Shown here: positions 1 through 9,838 of the stretch, piece by piece
Layout of the letters: every line of letters begins with the position of its first letter
Position numbering within the stretch: position 1 is the stretch's first letter
Assembly: GCA_963677485.1 (NCBI GenBank)
Contig: OY781964.1
Coordinates: 1,376,001 to 1,440,000 of the forward strand
DNA from: Armatimonadota bacterium
GTDB lineage: Bacteria; Armatimonadota; HRBIN16
DNA length: 64,000 nt
Direction: 5' to 3'
Notes under the pieces: generated by a model
Told to the model about the DNA's origin: nothing
Database searches by the model: none
What the model saw: the letters and a program-made list of their open reading frames with translations, nothing else
Made by a program: the position numbers and the translations under genes

Positions 1-1
1 T

Positions 2-2521
2 CGTAATCTGGGCGATAAACCGGTGTTTGCCACCATCCGCATATACAGCGAAGTGGGCGGACCTGCGGAGTTCTTCTGGTACACCGCCACGCAGGGTGTG
101 CAGGCAGGGCATGAGGCCGCTTTTGTGGTGCCCGCGGGTCAGTGGGCGGAGGTTCTAGTTAATCTGCCCGCACTTGGCAGCAGCGGCGGCTTGAGACTTG
201 ATCCCCCTGGCAGCAGCGGCAAATGCATGGTGAACTGGGTTCACTTCGAAGAGCAAGTCGTCGTCAACCCTCCCGCCTGGACAGGCCCAACGATGAGCAC
301 ACCAGCCGCCGACTGGCTGACGGTGCGCAGCGGAAACACTTCACTGACCCATGACCCCACCCATTTCGGCCGGTTCTATGTCAATGTCAATGATGTGCAG
401 ACGGCCGCAGGCTGGGATCAGCCCTGGCTCTGCTTCCGCTCCACAACTGGTGCCCCGACATGGCTCAACCTGCTGGAAGGCGCGCACACCGTCCAAGCCA
501 TCACCAACGGCATCCAAAGTAAACTGATGGCCTTGGATACCGACGGGGCGATTTGGACATTTACCAACACCTTCACCCCGGGCGCGGTATCAGGCACCAT
601 CGCCTGTGCCAGCACCATCCGAGTAAACCAGACACGCCGCGCATGGTTTGTGCCCTGGATGGTGATGTTCCCCAAAGCGCGCGAGCGCGCGATGTTCCCA
701 GGCCTGGAGTATATGGACCCACTGGACACCTCCAGCAGCAAAGATGACATTGAAACCTGGGACTACCAGCGGCGCGCACCAGATCCTGAGAAGATGACCT
801 TCCCCATGCTGGCGATGCAGGCACAGAGCCGATGGATCGGTCTCTCCTGGGTCGACAACAGCAGATGCCAGCCGATTTTTGACAGTCCAGACCGAATTTT
901 CAGCTCTAACCTGAACTTCATGGGAGTCTTAGCCAGCAACTTCAACTCCAATCAACGCGACCCTGGCAGCCTGCTACCGGCTTTCGCCGAAGAGTTTGCC
1001 GCCAACACGGACATCACGCTGAACATGAACATCTCCGGTGGCAGCGGGCCCAACATGGTGCCGGCGATACAAACTTACGTGAAGCTGTATGGCATACCCC
1101 AGTTACCCAACCCAGGCCGCGACATGCAGAACTACGTCACATGGGCAGCCGGAGGCTGGTTGGACAGCAACATCCGCAGCGGCGATCTTTACCGGCACGC
1201 CACCTGGCCAGGTGCGAACAACTGGGCCCCTGCACCCGTTGGCGATGTGCCCTGGATGGAGCGTTGGCTGGCCGAGAACACCACCAACCCCACCCTCAAA
1301 ACACGGCTGCAGTCTGCTTCCGAAGGAGCAGCCGCACAGGTGATCGCAGCCGGAAGTGTGAACTTCCGTGGGGTCGCGCATGTGCAGTATCCCATCGCCT
1401 CACTTATCTTCACCGATGGGCTCAGCGGACCTGATATCGCGCTGGGCAGCGGCAACGGCCAGTATGCGCAGTTTACACCTGAGGGCACCGTGCTTTACAA
1501 CCCACCCGCCACTGGCAACGACCTTTCCCGAACGCACTGGGCGAAACATGCCAATGGCATGACTGCCGCGGTTTTGAAGAACGTGTGGGACGGGGTGCTC
1601 TACAGCGCCGACCCGACCCTGGGACAAAAGGCACTTACCATCACGGACATGCTGTCACAATATGACAATGAGGCCCCTCGTGGTGCGCAGACCTGGGAGG
1701 TACCGCTGCACACCCCAGACATTCTGGGCTCCGCTTACCTGGTCTACAGTAACCTGGCGGCGTATGAATACACCGGCAAGAAGCAGTACCTCGATAAGGC
1801 GATCGACTGGGCCTGGACAGGTGTGCCGTTCGTCTACCTGGTCAACCCGACGGCTGGCGCGATCGGCCCCTACGCCACCATTCCGGTGTTTGGCAGCACG
1901 CAGTTCACCTTGATGAACTGGATGGGTGTTCCGGTTCAGTGGTGTGGCATGGTGTATGCCGATGCCATCCGGCGTCTGCAGCGTTTCGACCCCACCGGAC
2001 CCTGGGAGATGCTCTGGAAGGGTATCACCATCTCAGGTATCCAGCAAAGCTTCCCCACCGGGCCCGACGCCACTCTACAGGGCACCTTGCCGGACTCGGT
2101 CAACCTGCGAGCCCAATCCCGCAACGGTGTGGCCATCAACCCCGGCACGGTGATGAGCTGCGCCACCAACTACTACCTGGGGATTCCGGCCTACGACTAC
2201 AGGATATACCGCAGTCTTGGGCTCATGGTGCATCTGCCGGGGCAATGGCTGCCTGGTGAGACCGTGATGAAGGATGAACTCACCTTCCGTGCGCAGCTCT
2301 GGACAGACGCGAAGATCATGGTGGTCGGGCTAAAGAGGTTCGGCATGGTGATGGTTGATGGCGTGGTGGTGCCTGTCGGACAGGGAGCCGCCTACGATCC
2401 AAATGGTCACCTGTTTGTAAACGCCACCAAAGGCATGCATACCATCAACATAAAACTCAATGCACAAACCACCCCGACAAACCCCGCGGGTGGGATATCA
2501 GTGCTCCAACGGAACAAATAA
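2..2521 (+). CDS. Large conserved hypothetical protein, probably carbohydrate-active; 5' end lies outside the window
   Basis: Frame is open from base 2 to TAA at 2519-2521. W/Y/P-rich, with a conserved-looking block PRGAQTWEVPLHTPDIL...YEYTGKKQYLDKAIDWAW resembling an (alpha/alpha)-barrel. Confidence 0.75.
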   Translation, partial: RNLGDKPVFATIRIYSEVGGPAEFFWYTATQGVQAGHEAAFVVPAGQWAEVLVNLPALGSSGGLRLDPPGSSGKCMVNWVHFEEQVVVNPPAWTGPTMSTPAADWLTVRSGNTSLTHDPTHFGRFYVNVNDVQTAAGWDQPWLCFRSTTGAPTWLNLLEGAHTVQAITNGIQSKLMALDTDGAIWTFTNTFTPGAVSGTIACASTIRVNQTRRAWFVPWMVMFPKARERAMFPGLEYMDPLDTSSSKDDIETWDYQRRAPDPEKMTFPMLAMQAQSRWIGLSWVDNSRCQPIFDSPDRIFSSNLNFMGVLASNFNSNQRDPGSLLPAFAEEFAANTDITLNMNISGGSGPNMVPAIQTYVKLYGIPQLPNPGRDMQNYVTWAAGGWLDSNIRSGDLYRHATWPGANNWAPAPVGDVPWMERWLAENTTNPTLKTRLQSASEGAAAQVIAAGSVNFRGVAHVQYPIASLIFTDGLSGPDIALGSGNGQYAQFTPEGTVLYNPPATGNDLSRTHWAKHANGMTAAVLKNVWDGVLYSADPTLGQKALTITDMLSQYDNEAPRGAQTWEVPLHTPDILGSAYLVYSNLAAYEYTGKKQYLDKAIDWAWTGVPFVYLVNPTAGAIGPYATIPVFGSTQFTLMNWMGVPVQWCGMVYADAIRRLQRFDPTGPWEMLWKGITISGIQQSFPTGPDATLQGTLPDSVNLRAQSRNGVAINPGTVMSCATNYYLGIPAYDYRIYRSLGLMVHLPGQWLPGETVMKDELTFRAQLWTDAKIMVVGLKRFGMVMVDGVVVPVGQGAAYDPNGHLFVNATKGMHTINIKLNAQTTPTNPAGGISVLQRNK

Positions 2522-2524
2522 AGC

Positions 2525-2553
2525 TAGACGAACACCAGGCGATGTGGTAAAAT
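2525..2553 (+). promoter_or_regulatory. Sigma70-type promoter for tRNA-Gln
   Basis: TAGACG, 17 bp spacer, TAAAAT with extended -10 TG, ending 11 bp before the tRNA. Confidence 0.6.
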
Positions 2554-2564
2554 ATCAACTGCAT

Positions 2565-2638
2565 TGCCTGGTCGTTCAACGGCAGGACAACGGACTTTGA
2601 CTCCGTTAATCGTGGTTCGAATCCACGCCGGGCAACCA
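2565..2638 (+). tRNA. tRNA-Gln (anticodon TTG)
   Basis: Cloverleaf: acceptor TGCCTGG/CCGGGCA, anticodon arm ACGGA-CTTTGAC-TCCGT, T arm CGTGG-TTCGAAT-CCACG, encoded CCA. Confidence 0.97.
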
Positions 2639-2909
2639 TTTCAGCCCCTCACACAGCTTCCCACTAGCCCTCTATATAAACCGATAATTCGTCATAAACC
2701 TTGTACATAACTAGTCGTAGGGGCGTCCCTTGTATGCTACGACAGTGTCTATTACAGTATGGGTTGACTTGAACTCAAGAGCAGTGCTTCAAAATAAGCA
2801 ATCGCCTGCACATTCGTTATCTAATATACTTTTATACACCACTATATATTGCATTGGCTCATTTTATGAGGGTATAATGAATGAACATTACGCTTCAAGT
2901 GAGGGTGCC

Positions 2910-3425
2910 ATGACTGATCAGACAGTTCCGTTTGAAACCACAATTCTTGAATTCGGCCCGCAGCGCATCATGGGGATGAGCGTGGTTACCGCCAACGCAA
3001 ATGGCGAGTGTGCTGCACTCTGGGGTAACGAAGGCGGTTTTGCCAACCGTATGAATGAAGTCAAACCGCCTAAAACAGGCGCACCCTGTTTTGGCGTCTG
3101 CCGGTGCGTTCCTGGCATCAGCGACGGCCGGTTTGAATACATCGCCGCGGTCAGCGCCAGTGCAGACGCCGTGTTACCTCAAGGCATGGTGGAACTCACC
3201 CTGCCAAAGGCGCAGTATCTGTGTATCACCGTGCCTGGTCTTGAACAGGTCGGTGCGGCTTGGAACTACATGGGCCAGTGGTGTACCGAGAACCCTGAGT
3301 GGCGCGGGTATTGCGATCAAAACGGCTGCGAATGCACCGAATACCCCGCGTTTGAATACTACACCTCGGAGTTCTTCACCACCAAAAAGCTCTATGTGTA
3401 TGTACCGATCCGTCCGAAGGAATAG
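2910..3425 (+). CDS. GyrI-like / AraC effector-binding domain protein
   Basis: GAGGG before ATG 2910. Motifs FEYIAAV, LPQGMVELTLPKAQY and FEYY...LYVYVPI are typical of GyrI-like small-molecule-binding domains. Confidence 0.8.
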   Translation: MTDQTVPFETTILEFGPQRIMGMSVVTANANGECAALWGNEGGFANRMNEVKPPKTGAPCFGVCRCVPGISDGRFEYIAAVSASADAVLPQGMVELTLPKAQYLCITVPGLEQVGAAWNYMGQWCTENPEWRGYCDQNGCECTEYPAFEYYTSEFFTTKKLYVYVPIRPKE

Positions 3426-3451
3426 GGGTTGGGTTACACGACGGGAAATGT

Positions 3452-3782
3452 AATCCACAGATTTCGCAGATTACGCAGATAAGATAATAACCGCACCGAT
3501 TATCTCCTAACTGCGACGGTTTGTAGGGGCGGGGTCTCCCCGCCCACACCAATTGTGATCCGTCCGATCCGTCTCATCCGTCCGATGCCCGGAATGTCTG
3601 AACCACGGATTACGCGGATGACACGGATGGGTTCGGATGGGAGGGGAATTGCTAAACATTTCGTTCCCCATCCGTGTTCATTCGTGTTCATCCGCGGTTC
3701 AAATGCGCCCCTAACGGGACGAGTAGGACAGGGATTTACGGTTCCCCATCCGTGTTCATTCGTGTTCATTCGTGGTTCAGAA
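3452..3782. repeat. Cluster of short intergenic repeats (nonamer-period tracts, a GTAG REP, a 40-bp direct repeat)
   Basis: cacagatttcgcagattacgcagat; gtaggggcggggtctccccgccc; gatccgtccgatccgtctcatccgtccgat; gttccccatccgtgttcattcgtgttcat at about 3663 and 3741. Confidence 0.75.
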
Positions 3783-3876
3783 AATGCCCTGCCCAAAATT
3801 CGCTTCAGGCGCAATATGGCAGAACCCGGTATACTATAGGATGTAGTGATATCTACGGAGGCATCGAGCGCAACAT

Positions 3877-4146
3877 ATGGCATTTCTTATTTACGTCATT
3901 TTTCAAGTACTCACATGGATGATCATCGTTCATGTGGTGATCTCTTGGATAACGCAAACGGGTGCCGCGCGGATATCTCCCTATCACCCGTTGGTCAGGA
4001 CCTTGAACAACATCGTTGACCCGATGCTGGCCCCGATCCGCAAATTGGTGAACCCAAGGGCCATGGGAGGTCTGGATATCTCTCCCATGATCGCCATTAT
4101 CATCCTCACCATCATTGAGAGTATCATCGTCAAAGTGATCCGATAG
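3877..4146 (+). CDS. yggT: YggT family membrane protein
   Basis: ISW...P.LAPIRKL....GGLDISPMIA signature; GGAGG upstream. Confidence 0.9.
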   Translation: MAFLIYVIFQVLTWMIIVHVVISWITQTGAARISPYHPLVRTLNNIVDPMLAPIRKLVNPRAMGGLDISPMIAIIILTIIESIIVKVIR

Positions 4147-4147
4147 A

Positions 4148-4630
4148 ATGAGCCACTCTCAACGACTAACCCCCATAGACATAGCTCACAAAGAGCTGCC
4201 AACTACACCTTTTGGTGGTTATAACAGAACCACCGTCGACCAATTTCTGGATGATCTGGGCAATGACTACGAGCAGATTATCCTGGAAAATGCCAAGCTG
4301 AAAGAACAGACGGCTGCGCTGCAATCAGAACTAGCCCGATACCGCGAAATGGAACAAACTCTGCGGGAGGCGCTTGTGCTGGCGCAAAGAACCGCGGATG
4401 AAACACGGGCAGCAGCGCATAAAGAGGCGGAGATCATTCTGCAAAATGCAGACCTCCGCGCAGCACAACAGATCAAGGACCAACAACAACAAATTGAGCA
4501 ACTCAAAAGCATCAAACAAAAGATAGCTTTCGAGCTCCGGGCGCATATGAACGTGATCCAACAGTGGCTCGATGCCACCAACGACACGCCATCGGCAGAC
4601 GCCCCACCAGATGTCCAACCTCAAAATTAA
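4148..4630 (+). CDS. divIVA: DivIVA domain coiled-coil protein
   Basis: N-terminal LTPIDIAHKELP..FGGYNRTTVDQFLD followed by a coiled coil; follows yggT. Confidence 0.88.
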   Translation: MSHSQRLTPIDIAHKELPTTPFGGYNRTTVDQFLDDLGNDYEQIILENAKLKEQTAALQSELARYREMEQTLREALVLAQRTADETRAAAHKEAEIILQNADLRAAQQIKDQQQQIEQLKSIKQKIAFELRAHMNVIQQWLDATNDTPSADAPPDVQPQN

Positions 4631-4889
4631 AATACGCGTCACAGCGCGGGCGGGAAGAAACGCCATCGACCGATGGGACCCGCAGACAGATACCCTGCAC
4701 CTGAGAGTGGCAGCAGTGCCCTCGGACGGACAGGCGAATGAGGCCATCAGGCAATTGCTTGCCAAACAGTTGAGCGTCCCGAAAAGCCGCATCACCTTAG
4801 TTGGTGGTGCCACGAGTCGCAACAAAACTTACGAAATAGAGGACATGGAGCAACTACCAGAAAAGATACTGGGGCTCCAAATTGAATGA
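4611..4889 (+). CDS. DUF167 (YggU/UPF0235) family protein
   Basis: LRVAAVPSDGQANEA...L.VPKSRI.LVGGATSRNK signature. Confidence 0.88.
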   Translation: MSNLKIKIRVTARAGRNAIDRWDPQTDTLHLRVAAVPSDGQANEAIRQLLAKQLSVPKSRITLVGGATSRNKTYEIEDMEQLPEKILGLQIE

Positions 4890-7282
4890 CAGAACAAAAC
4901 AGCACACCAGAACCCGCTGATAATATCAGCCAGCCGGAAACTCCGGAGACGAATGAACAACCAGAAATGGTTGAAGCAACCCCAGAGCAAGCGAATACAG
5001 ATATCCAAAATGACGAAAACATAATCGACGCAGAAGATACGTCCGCTGATCAAGATATGTCCGATGATTCCGACTTGTCTGAATTATCTGGCAAGTCTGA
5101 TGAATCTGACCTGACCGACTTATCTGACAAGTCTGATGAATCTGAACTGACCGACTTATCCGACTTGTCTGAGACGCCTGACAGCGTAGATGCATCCACG
5201 GGACAGGTCTACGATACCCCTAAACTCAACCAGCGACAGCTACACCTAATGGAGCGCGTAGAACAGCGCATTCTCATCGGTGGGGCAGAGCCGCCGCATG
5301 TCAGCATCATGTCCAACTCCGTGGGAGCACCCCCTGATGCTATCCGGGCGATGGCCGCCCTCCTGGTCAAACGCGGCAAGATTTATATCATGGCCGACGA
5401 TCTCTACATCCACGCTCTCAGTTTCGAAGAGGTGGAAAGCCAGATCCGCGGTTATATCCAGAAAAATGGATCTGTCACAGTCAGCCAGTTGCGAGACTTT
5501 TTGGGCACAAGCCGACGGTTTGCCCATCCGCTGCTGATGCTGTTTGAAGTACGCAATCCAAACTCGAATCCCCGTCCCATGGGCGACAGCTATGCACCAG
5601 ACGACGAGAATGATGATGATGGTCCGATGCCCACATGGGAAGAATACCAGCAGTCACTGCTCTCCTCGCGCGACCGTGTCCGCATGGAGCGAACCGCAGA
5701 GCGTTCGAGCGGAGGCTATGGCCGTCCTCGAATGAATGCTGATGGCCCATCGGCAGGCGGCGGACGCAGCTTTGATCGTCCTCGTGACGGCGGCGGTGCC
5801 CGACCCAGCTTCAACAGAGACGATCGTCCACAAAGAAGCTTTGACGGACCACCAAGAGATGGCGCACGGCCAGCGGGCGGCGGTTACAACCGCGAAGGCG
5901 GCGGCGACCGACCCAGTTTCAACAGGGACGACCGACCACGAAGAAGCTTCGACGGACCACCAAGAGAAGGCGGGCGGCCCCGCGACGCAAGCTATAACCG
6001 TGAAGAAGGACGTCCAGCAAGAGAAGACGGACAGCCAGCAGGCGGCGATCGGCCCAGCTTCAATCGGGACGACCGGCCACGCAGAAGCTTTGACGGACCG
6101 CCAAGAGAAGGCGGACGGCCAGCAGGCGGCGGATACAACCGCGAAGGCGGCGGCGACCGACCCAGTTTCAATAGGGACGACCGACCACGCAGAAGCTTTG
6201 ACGGACCGCCAAGAGAAGGCGGGCGGCCAGCAGGCGGTGGTTACAACCGCGAAGGTTGCGGCGACCGACCCAGTTTCAATAGAGACGACCGACCACGCAG
6301 AAGCTTTGACGGGCCACCAAGAGATGGTGCACGTCCTAGCGGAGGCGGGTATGGCGGACGACCTGCAGGCGGCGGTTACAACCGTGACGGCGGCGGCGAC
6401 CGACCCAGTTTCAATAGAGACGACCGACCACGCAGAAGCTTTGACGGACCACCAAGAGATGGTGCGCGTCCTAGCGGTGGCGGGTATGGCGGGCGACCAG
6501 CAGGCGGCGGCTACAACCGTGACGGCGGCGGCGACCGGCCCAGTTTCAACAGGGACGACCGACCACGCAGAAGCTTTGACGGACCACCAAGAGATGGTGC
6601 GCGTCCAAGCGGAGGCGGATATGGCGGACGACCAGCAGGCGGCGGTTACAACCGTGACGGTGGCGGCGACCGGCCCAGTTTCAACAGGGACGACCGACCG
6701 CGCAGAAGCTTTGACGGACCACCAAGAGATGGTGCACGTCCTAGCGGTGGCGGGTATGGTGGGCGACCTGCAGGCGGCGGTTACAACCGTGACGGCGGCG
6801 GCGACCGACCCAGCTTCAATAGAGATGACCGACCGCGCAGAAGCTTCGACGGACCACCAAGAGATGGTGCACGTCCAAGTGGAGGCGGCTATGGTGGACG
6901 ACCAGCAGGCGGCGGTTACAACCGTGACGGCGGCGGCGATCGGCCCAGCTTCAATCGGGACGACCGACCACGCAGAAGCTTTGACGGACCACCAAGAGAA
7001 GGTGGACGTCCTAGTGGCGGCGGCGGTTACAGTGGTGGCGGACGTCCCAGTGGCGGCGGTGGTTACAGCGGTGGCGGACGTCCCAGTGGCGGCGGCGGCT
7101 ATAGTGGTGGCGGACGCCCAAGTGGCGGCGGCTACAGCGGTGGCGGACGCCCAGGTGGCGGCGGCGGTTACAACCGCGATGGCGGCGGCAGGCCGTCAGG
7201 TGGGGGCTTTAATCGAGGCCCGCGCCCTGATGACCGCGGCGGTCCGGATCGTAGGCCAGGCGGCCCTCGTAAACCAGAGTAG
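4886..7282 (+). CDS. Protein with acidic N-terminus, SelB C-terminal winged-helix-like domain and a long RG/GY/P-rich repeat tail
   Basis: ATGA-coupled to DUF167. VTVSQLRDFLGTSRRFAHPLL resembles the SelB WH4 motif; 10 copies of RPSFNRDDRP follow. Confidence 0.75.
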   Translation: MTEQNSTPEPADNISQPETPETNEQPEMVEATPEQANTDIQNDENIIDAEDTSADQDMSDDSDLSELSGKSDESDLTDLSDKSDESELTDLSDLSETPDSVDASTGQVYDTPKLNQRQLHLMERVEQRILIGGAEPPHVSIMSNSVGAPPDAIRAMAALLVKRGKIYIMADDLYIHALSFEEVESQIRGYIQKNGSVTVSQLRDFLGTSRRFAHPLLMLFEVRNPNSNPRPMGDSYAPDDENDDDGPMPTWEEYQQSLLSSRDRVRMERTAERSSGGYGRPRMNADGPSAGGGRSFDRPRDGGGARPSFNRDDRPQRSFDGPPRDGARPAGGGYNREGGGDRPSFNRDDRPRRSFDGPPREGGRPRDASYNREEGRPAREDGQPAGGDRPSFNRDDRPRRSFDGPPREGGRPAGGGYNREGGGDRPSFNRDDRPRRSFDGPPREGGRPAGGGYNREGCGDRPSFNRDDRPRRSFDGPPRDGARPSGGGYGGRPAGGGYNRDGGGDRPSFNRDDRPRRSFDGPPRDGARPSGGGYGGRPAGGGYNRDGGGDRPSFNRDDRPRRSFDGPPRDGARPSGGGYGGRPAGGGYNRDGGGDRPSFNRDDRPRRSFDGPPRDGARPSGGGYGGRPAGGGYNRDGGGDRPSFNRDDRPRRSFDGPPRDGARPSGGGYGGRPAGGGYNRDGGGDRPSFNRDDRPRRSFDGPPREGGRPSGGGGYSGGGRPSGGGGYSGGGRPSGGGGYSGGGRPSGGGYSGGGRPGGGGGYNRDGGGRPSGGGFNRGPRPDDRGGPDRRPGGPRKPE
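5795..7190 (+). repeat. Coding tandem repeats: 108-bp (36 aa) and 135-bp (45 aa) units, then about 30-33-bp GGGRPSGGGGYS units
   Basis: Five amino-acid-identical 45-aa units start at about 6263, 6398, 6533, 6668 and 6803, with synonymous differences between copies. Confidence 0.95.
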
Positions 7283-8072
7283 CCTCGCCAGTTAACGTCA
7301 GTGTGCCATCGGGCATACGCTCGACAACGGCCTCACCACCCTTACTGCGAACCCGCACTAAGGGACCGGTGAGGCCGTTGTCCATAGAGACCACAGCCGC
7401 GGCACAGGCTCCTGTTCCGCAACCCAGCGTTTCGCATGCCCCTCGCTCCCAGATGCGCACCTGAACATCGGTGTCGCTCAGCCGTTTGACACACATCAGG
7501 CTGGTTTTTTGGGGGAATAAGGGGTGATTTTCCACCGCCGGCCCTATTTCATAGAACAACTCATCATCCGGCAGCTCATCACAAAACCAGACGGCATGGG
7601 TAGAGCCAGTGGACACGGCATGAAGCGTCAAATCGTGCGTTCCCACTTGGATGTGCAGTGGGGCCGCTGTCTCTGCCAGATATGGCACTAAAGCGGGCTC
7701 GTAGCGTGCGACACCCATATCTACCGTCACACGGCCATCATCGTGTATCACGGCCTTCTTCGGACCATCACTCGTCTCGATGGTCAACTGGCTGGCCTGC
7801 ACCAATCCATGTTGTCTTGCCCAAGCCGCGGTGCATCTCATGCCGTTGCCGCAGATATCCTCGGTGCCATCGGGGTTGTGCATCTTCATGAACACGCTGT
7901 CAGGTGTGGAGCCGCGTGATATCACCAGCAGCCCGTCGCTGCCCACTCCATAGTGCCGGTTACAGGCATATAGCGCGAAAACCGATGTTTCCAGCCCAGC
8001 GAGCTCCTCGGCGGCGCAAACCACGAAGTCGTTACCTGTCCCCACCATCTTGCTGAAACGCAGTTCCATCAT
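7209..8072 (-). CDS. dapF: Diaminopimelate epimerase
   Basis: FSKMVGTGNDF, NPDG...CGNGMRC, ERG..ETLGCGTGACA. Confidence 0.95.
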   Translation of the reverse strand: MMELRFSKMVGTGNDFVVCAAEELAGLETSVFALYACNRHYGVGSDGLLVISRGSTPDSVFMKMHNPDGTEDICGNGMRCTAAWARQHGLVQASQLTIETSDGPKKAVIHDDGRVTVDMGVARYEPALVPYLAETAAPLHIQVGTHDLTLHAVSTGSTHAVWFCDELPDDELFYEIGPAVENHPLFPQKTSLMCVKRLSDTDVQVRIWERGACETLGCGTGACAAAVVSMDNGLTGPLVRVRSKGGEAVVERMPDGTLTLTGEATLVYEGRLAYDPDRRGHQGAGLD

Positions 8073-8081
8073 ATACCCCTG

Positions 8082-8723
8082 TTAGTTCAGAAATCCCGCC
8101 CGACGCAAACTCTCTTCACTGACACTGTTGGATGTGCTGCCACCAAGCAGTCGCTCCACATAACGGCCAAGCACATCGGTCTCAATGTTCACAGAACTAC
8201 CGACACTACGTTCAGCCAACACCGTCTCCCGCCAGGTCGTGGGGATAATAGCAACCGTAAATCCAAAAGTTGTCAGATCAGCCACGGTCAGGCTCACTCC
8301 ATCTATGCAAATGGAGCCTTTCGGCACCACATAACGCAAGGCGTCCGGCTCGATGTCTACACTCAAGCGTACGGATACACCTTCATCCATCAGCCGTCGG
8401 ACCGTGCCAATTGCGTCCACGTGCCCCTGCACAATGTGCCCGCCCATGGGCTCACCTAGTCTCACGGCATCTTCCAGGTTCACACGGTCGCCCGCCTTTA
8501 GCAGTCCCAGTGTAGTGCGCCGCATGGACTCCGGCACCGCATCAAAGCTGAGGCTATCTGTGGTGATGTCGGTGACCGTTAGACATGCCCCGTTGATGGC
8601 GATGGAATCACCCAGCTTGGCCAGATTTCGCAACTTCTCACTGCTGATCGTCACCCGCATCCCTGCCTGAGCACTGGTGATCGCCTTCACACGGCCAACC
8701 TCTTCAATGATACCTGTAAACAC
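8082..8723 (-). CDS. ribE: Riboflavin synthase (alpha chain)
   Basis: MFTGIIEE N-terminus, GDSIAINGACLTV, GGHIVQGHVD. Confidence 0.96.
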   Translation of the reverse strand: MFTGIIEEVGRVKAITSAQAGMRVTISSEKLRNLAKLGDSIAINGACLTVTDITTDSLSFDAVPESMRRTTLGLLKAGDRVNLEDAVRLGEPMGGHIVQGHVDAIGTVRRLMDEGVSVRLSVDIEPDALRYVVPKGSICIDGVSLTVADLTTFGFTVAIIPTTWRETVLAERSVGSSVNIETDVLGRYVERLLGGSTSNSVSEESLRRAGFLN

Positions 8724-9838
8724 TACATCTTCTCCTTATGGCCATGCGGCACTAGTCCGCTGATCATCGTATCAGCTCCATATCGCCTCGTGCTCACATC
8801 ATCCAGCCTTAGTGCATGGGCGATGTTCGCCGCACCATGTCCCTTGATGGCGGGGATACCCTGGCCTCCGAGTATCAGTGGCGCGATGAAGGCTGTCACC
8901 CGGTTGGCTAGACCGTCGTCCAACAATGAGCCCAGCAGCGACCCACCCCCGTCGCACATCACCGCGGTGATACCCCGTCTGTGCAGCTCTTGAAGGGCAA
9001 ACCGTAGATCCAGGCGACCGTCTGCAGATGCAGGAATGGTGATCACCGATACACCCAACGCTTCCAGTTGCGCCATTTTCGAAAAGCTCCCACTGGGCGA
9101 ACACAAAACCCAGAGAGGGGCTGAGGATACATCGCATAACTTTGAGGTCAGGGGGATACGCAGATTGGTATCTACCACGACTCGGACCGGGAATCTGGGC
9201 GGGTTCACTGACCGGTGCCGGACAGACAGCGTGGGGTCATCGGCTAGAACTGTGCCGATACCCACCATCAACGCGTCATGATGAGCGCGCATCAGATGCG
9301 CCTGCGAGCGTGCTTGCTCGCCCGTGATCCAGCGACTGCTGCCGTCCGCGGCTGCGATACGGCCATCCAGGCTGCAGGCGAATTTGGCGGTGACCCAGGG
9401 GCGGTCATGCGTCTGCGCGAACACAAACATCTCGTTTAGACTTTGAGCCTCAGCCTCACGCACACCACATTCCACCTCGATGCCTGCCTGACGCAGCTTC
9501 TCAAAGCCACTGCCGGAGACTTTTGGGTTAGGATCCTGCATCGCCGCGACCACACGGCTGACTTTTGCCCGGATCAGCGCATCTGCACAGGGGGGTGTTT
9601 TTCCAGTGTGGCTGCACGGCTCAAGACTGACATAGGCCGTGGCCCCTTTCGCCGCATTGCCGGCTTGACTCAGAGCTTCCACTTCAGCGTGCGCCATACC
9701 CGGTCGATGGTGATAACCCCCACCCACGATCTCGCCGTTTTTCACTAGAACACACCCGACCATGGGGTTTGGAGCCGTGAACCCCCGTTTCGCCAGGCTC
9801 AACGCCCGGCGCATATACTGGGTGTCGGTTTCAGTCAT
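8723..9838 (-). CDS. ribD: Bifunctional riboflavin deaminase/reductase
   Basis: PNPMVGCV, HAE, LEPCSHTGKTPPC, SLDGRIA. Confidence 0.96.
   Translation of the reverse strand: MTETDTQYMRRALSLAKRGFTAPNPMVGCVLVKNGEIVGGGYHHRPGMAHAEVEALSQAGNAAKGATAYVSLEPCSHTGKTPPCADALIRAKVSRVVAAMQDPNPKVSGSGFEKLRQAGIEVECGVREAEAQSLNEMFVFAQTHDRPWVTAKFACSLDGRIAAADGSSRWITGEQARSQAHLMRAHHDALMVGIGTVLADDPTLSVRHRSVNPPRFPVRVVVDTNLRIPLTSKLCDVSSAPLWVLCSPSGSFSKMAQLEALGVSVITIPASADGRLDLRFALQELHRRGITAVMCDGGGSLLGSLLDDGLANRVTAFIAPLILGGQGIPAIKGHGAANIAHALRLDDVSTRRYGADTMISGLVPHGHKEKM

Noticed and set aside
2565-2700. tRNA-Gln as an integration site
   Set aside because: No integrase, and no duplicated tRNA 3' end was noticed in the window.
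3500-3883. ORFs containing RMNTNEHG repeats
   Set aside because: Translations of intergenic repeat DNA.
5736-7295. 519-aa alternative-frame ORF
   Set aside because: Shadow of the tandem repeat in the 4886-7282 gene; repeats keep alternative frames open.
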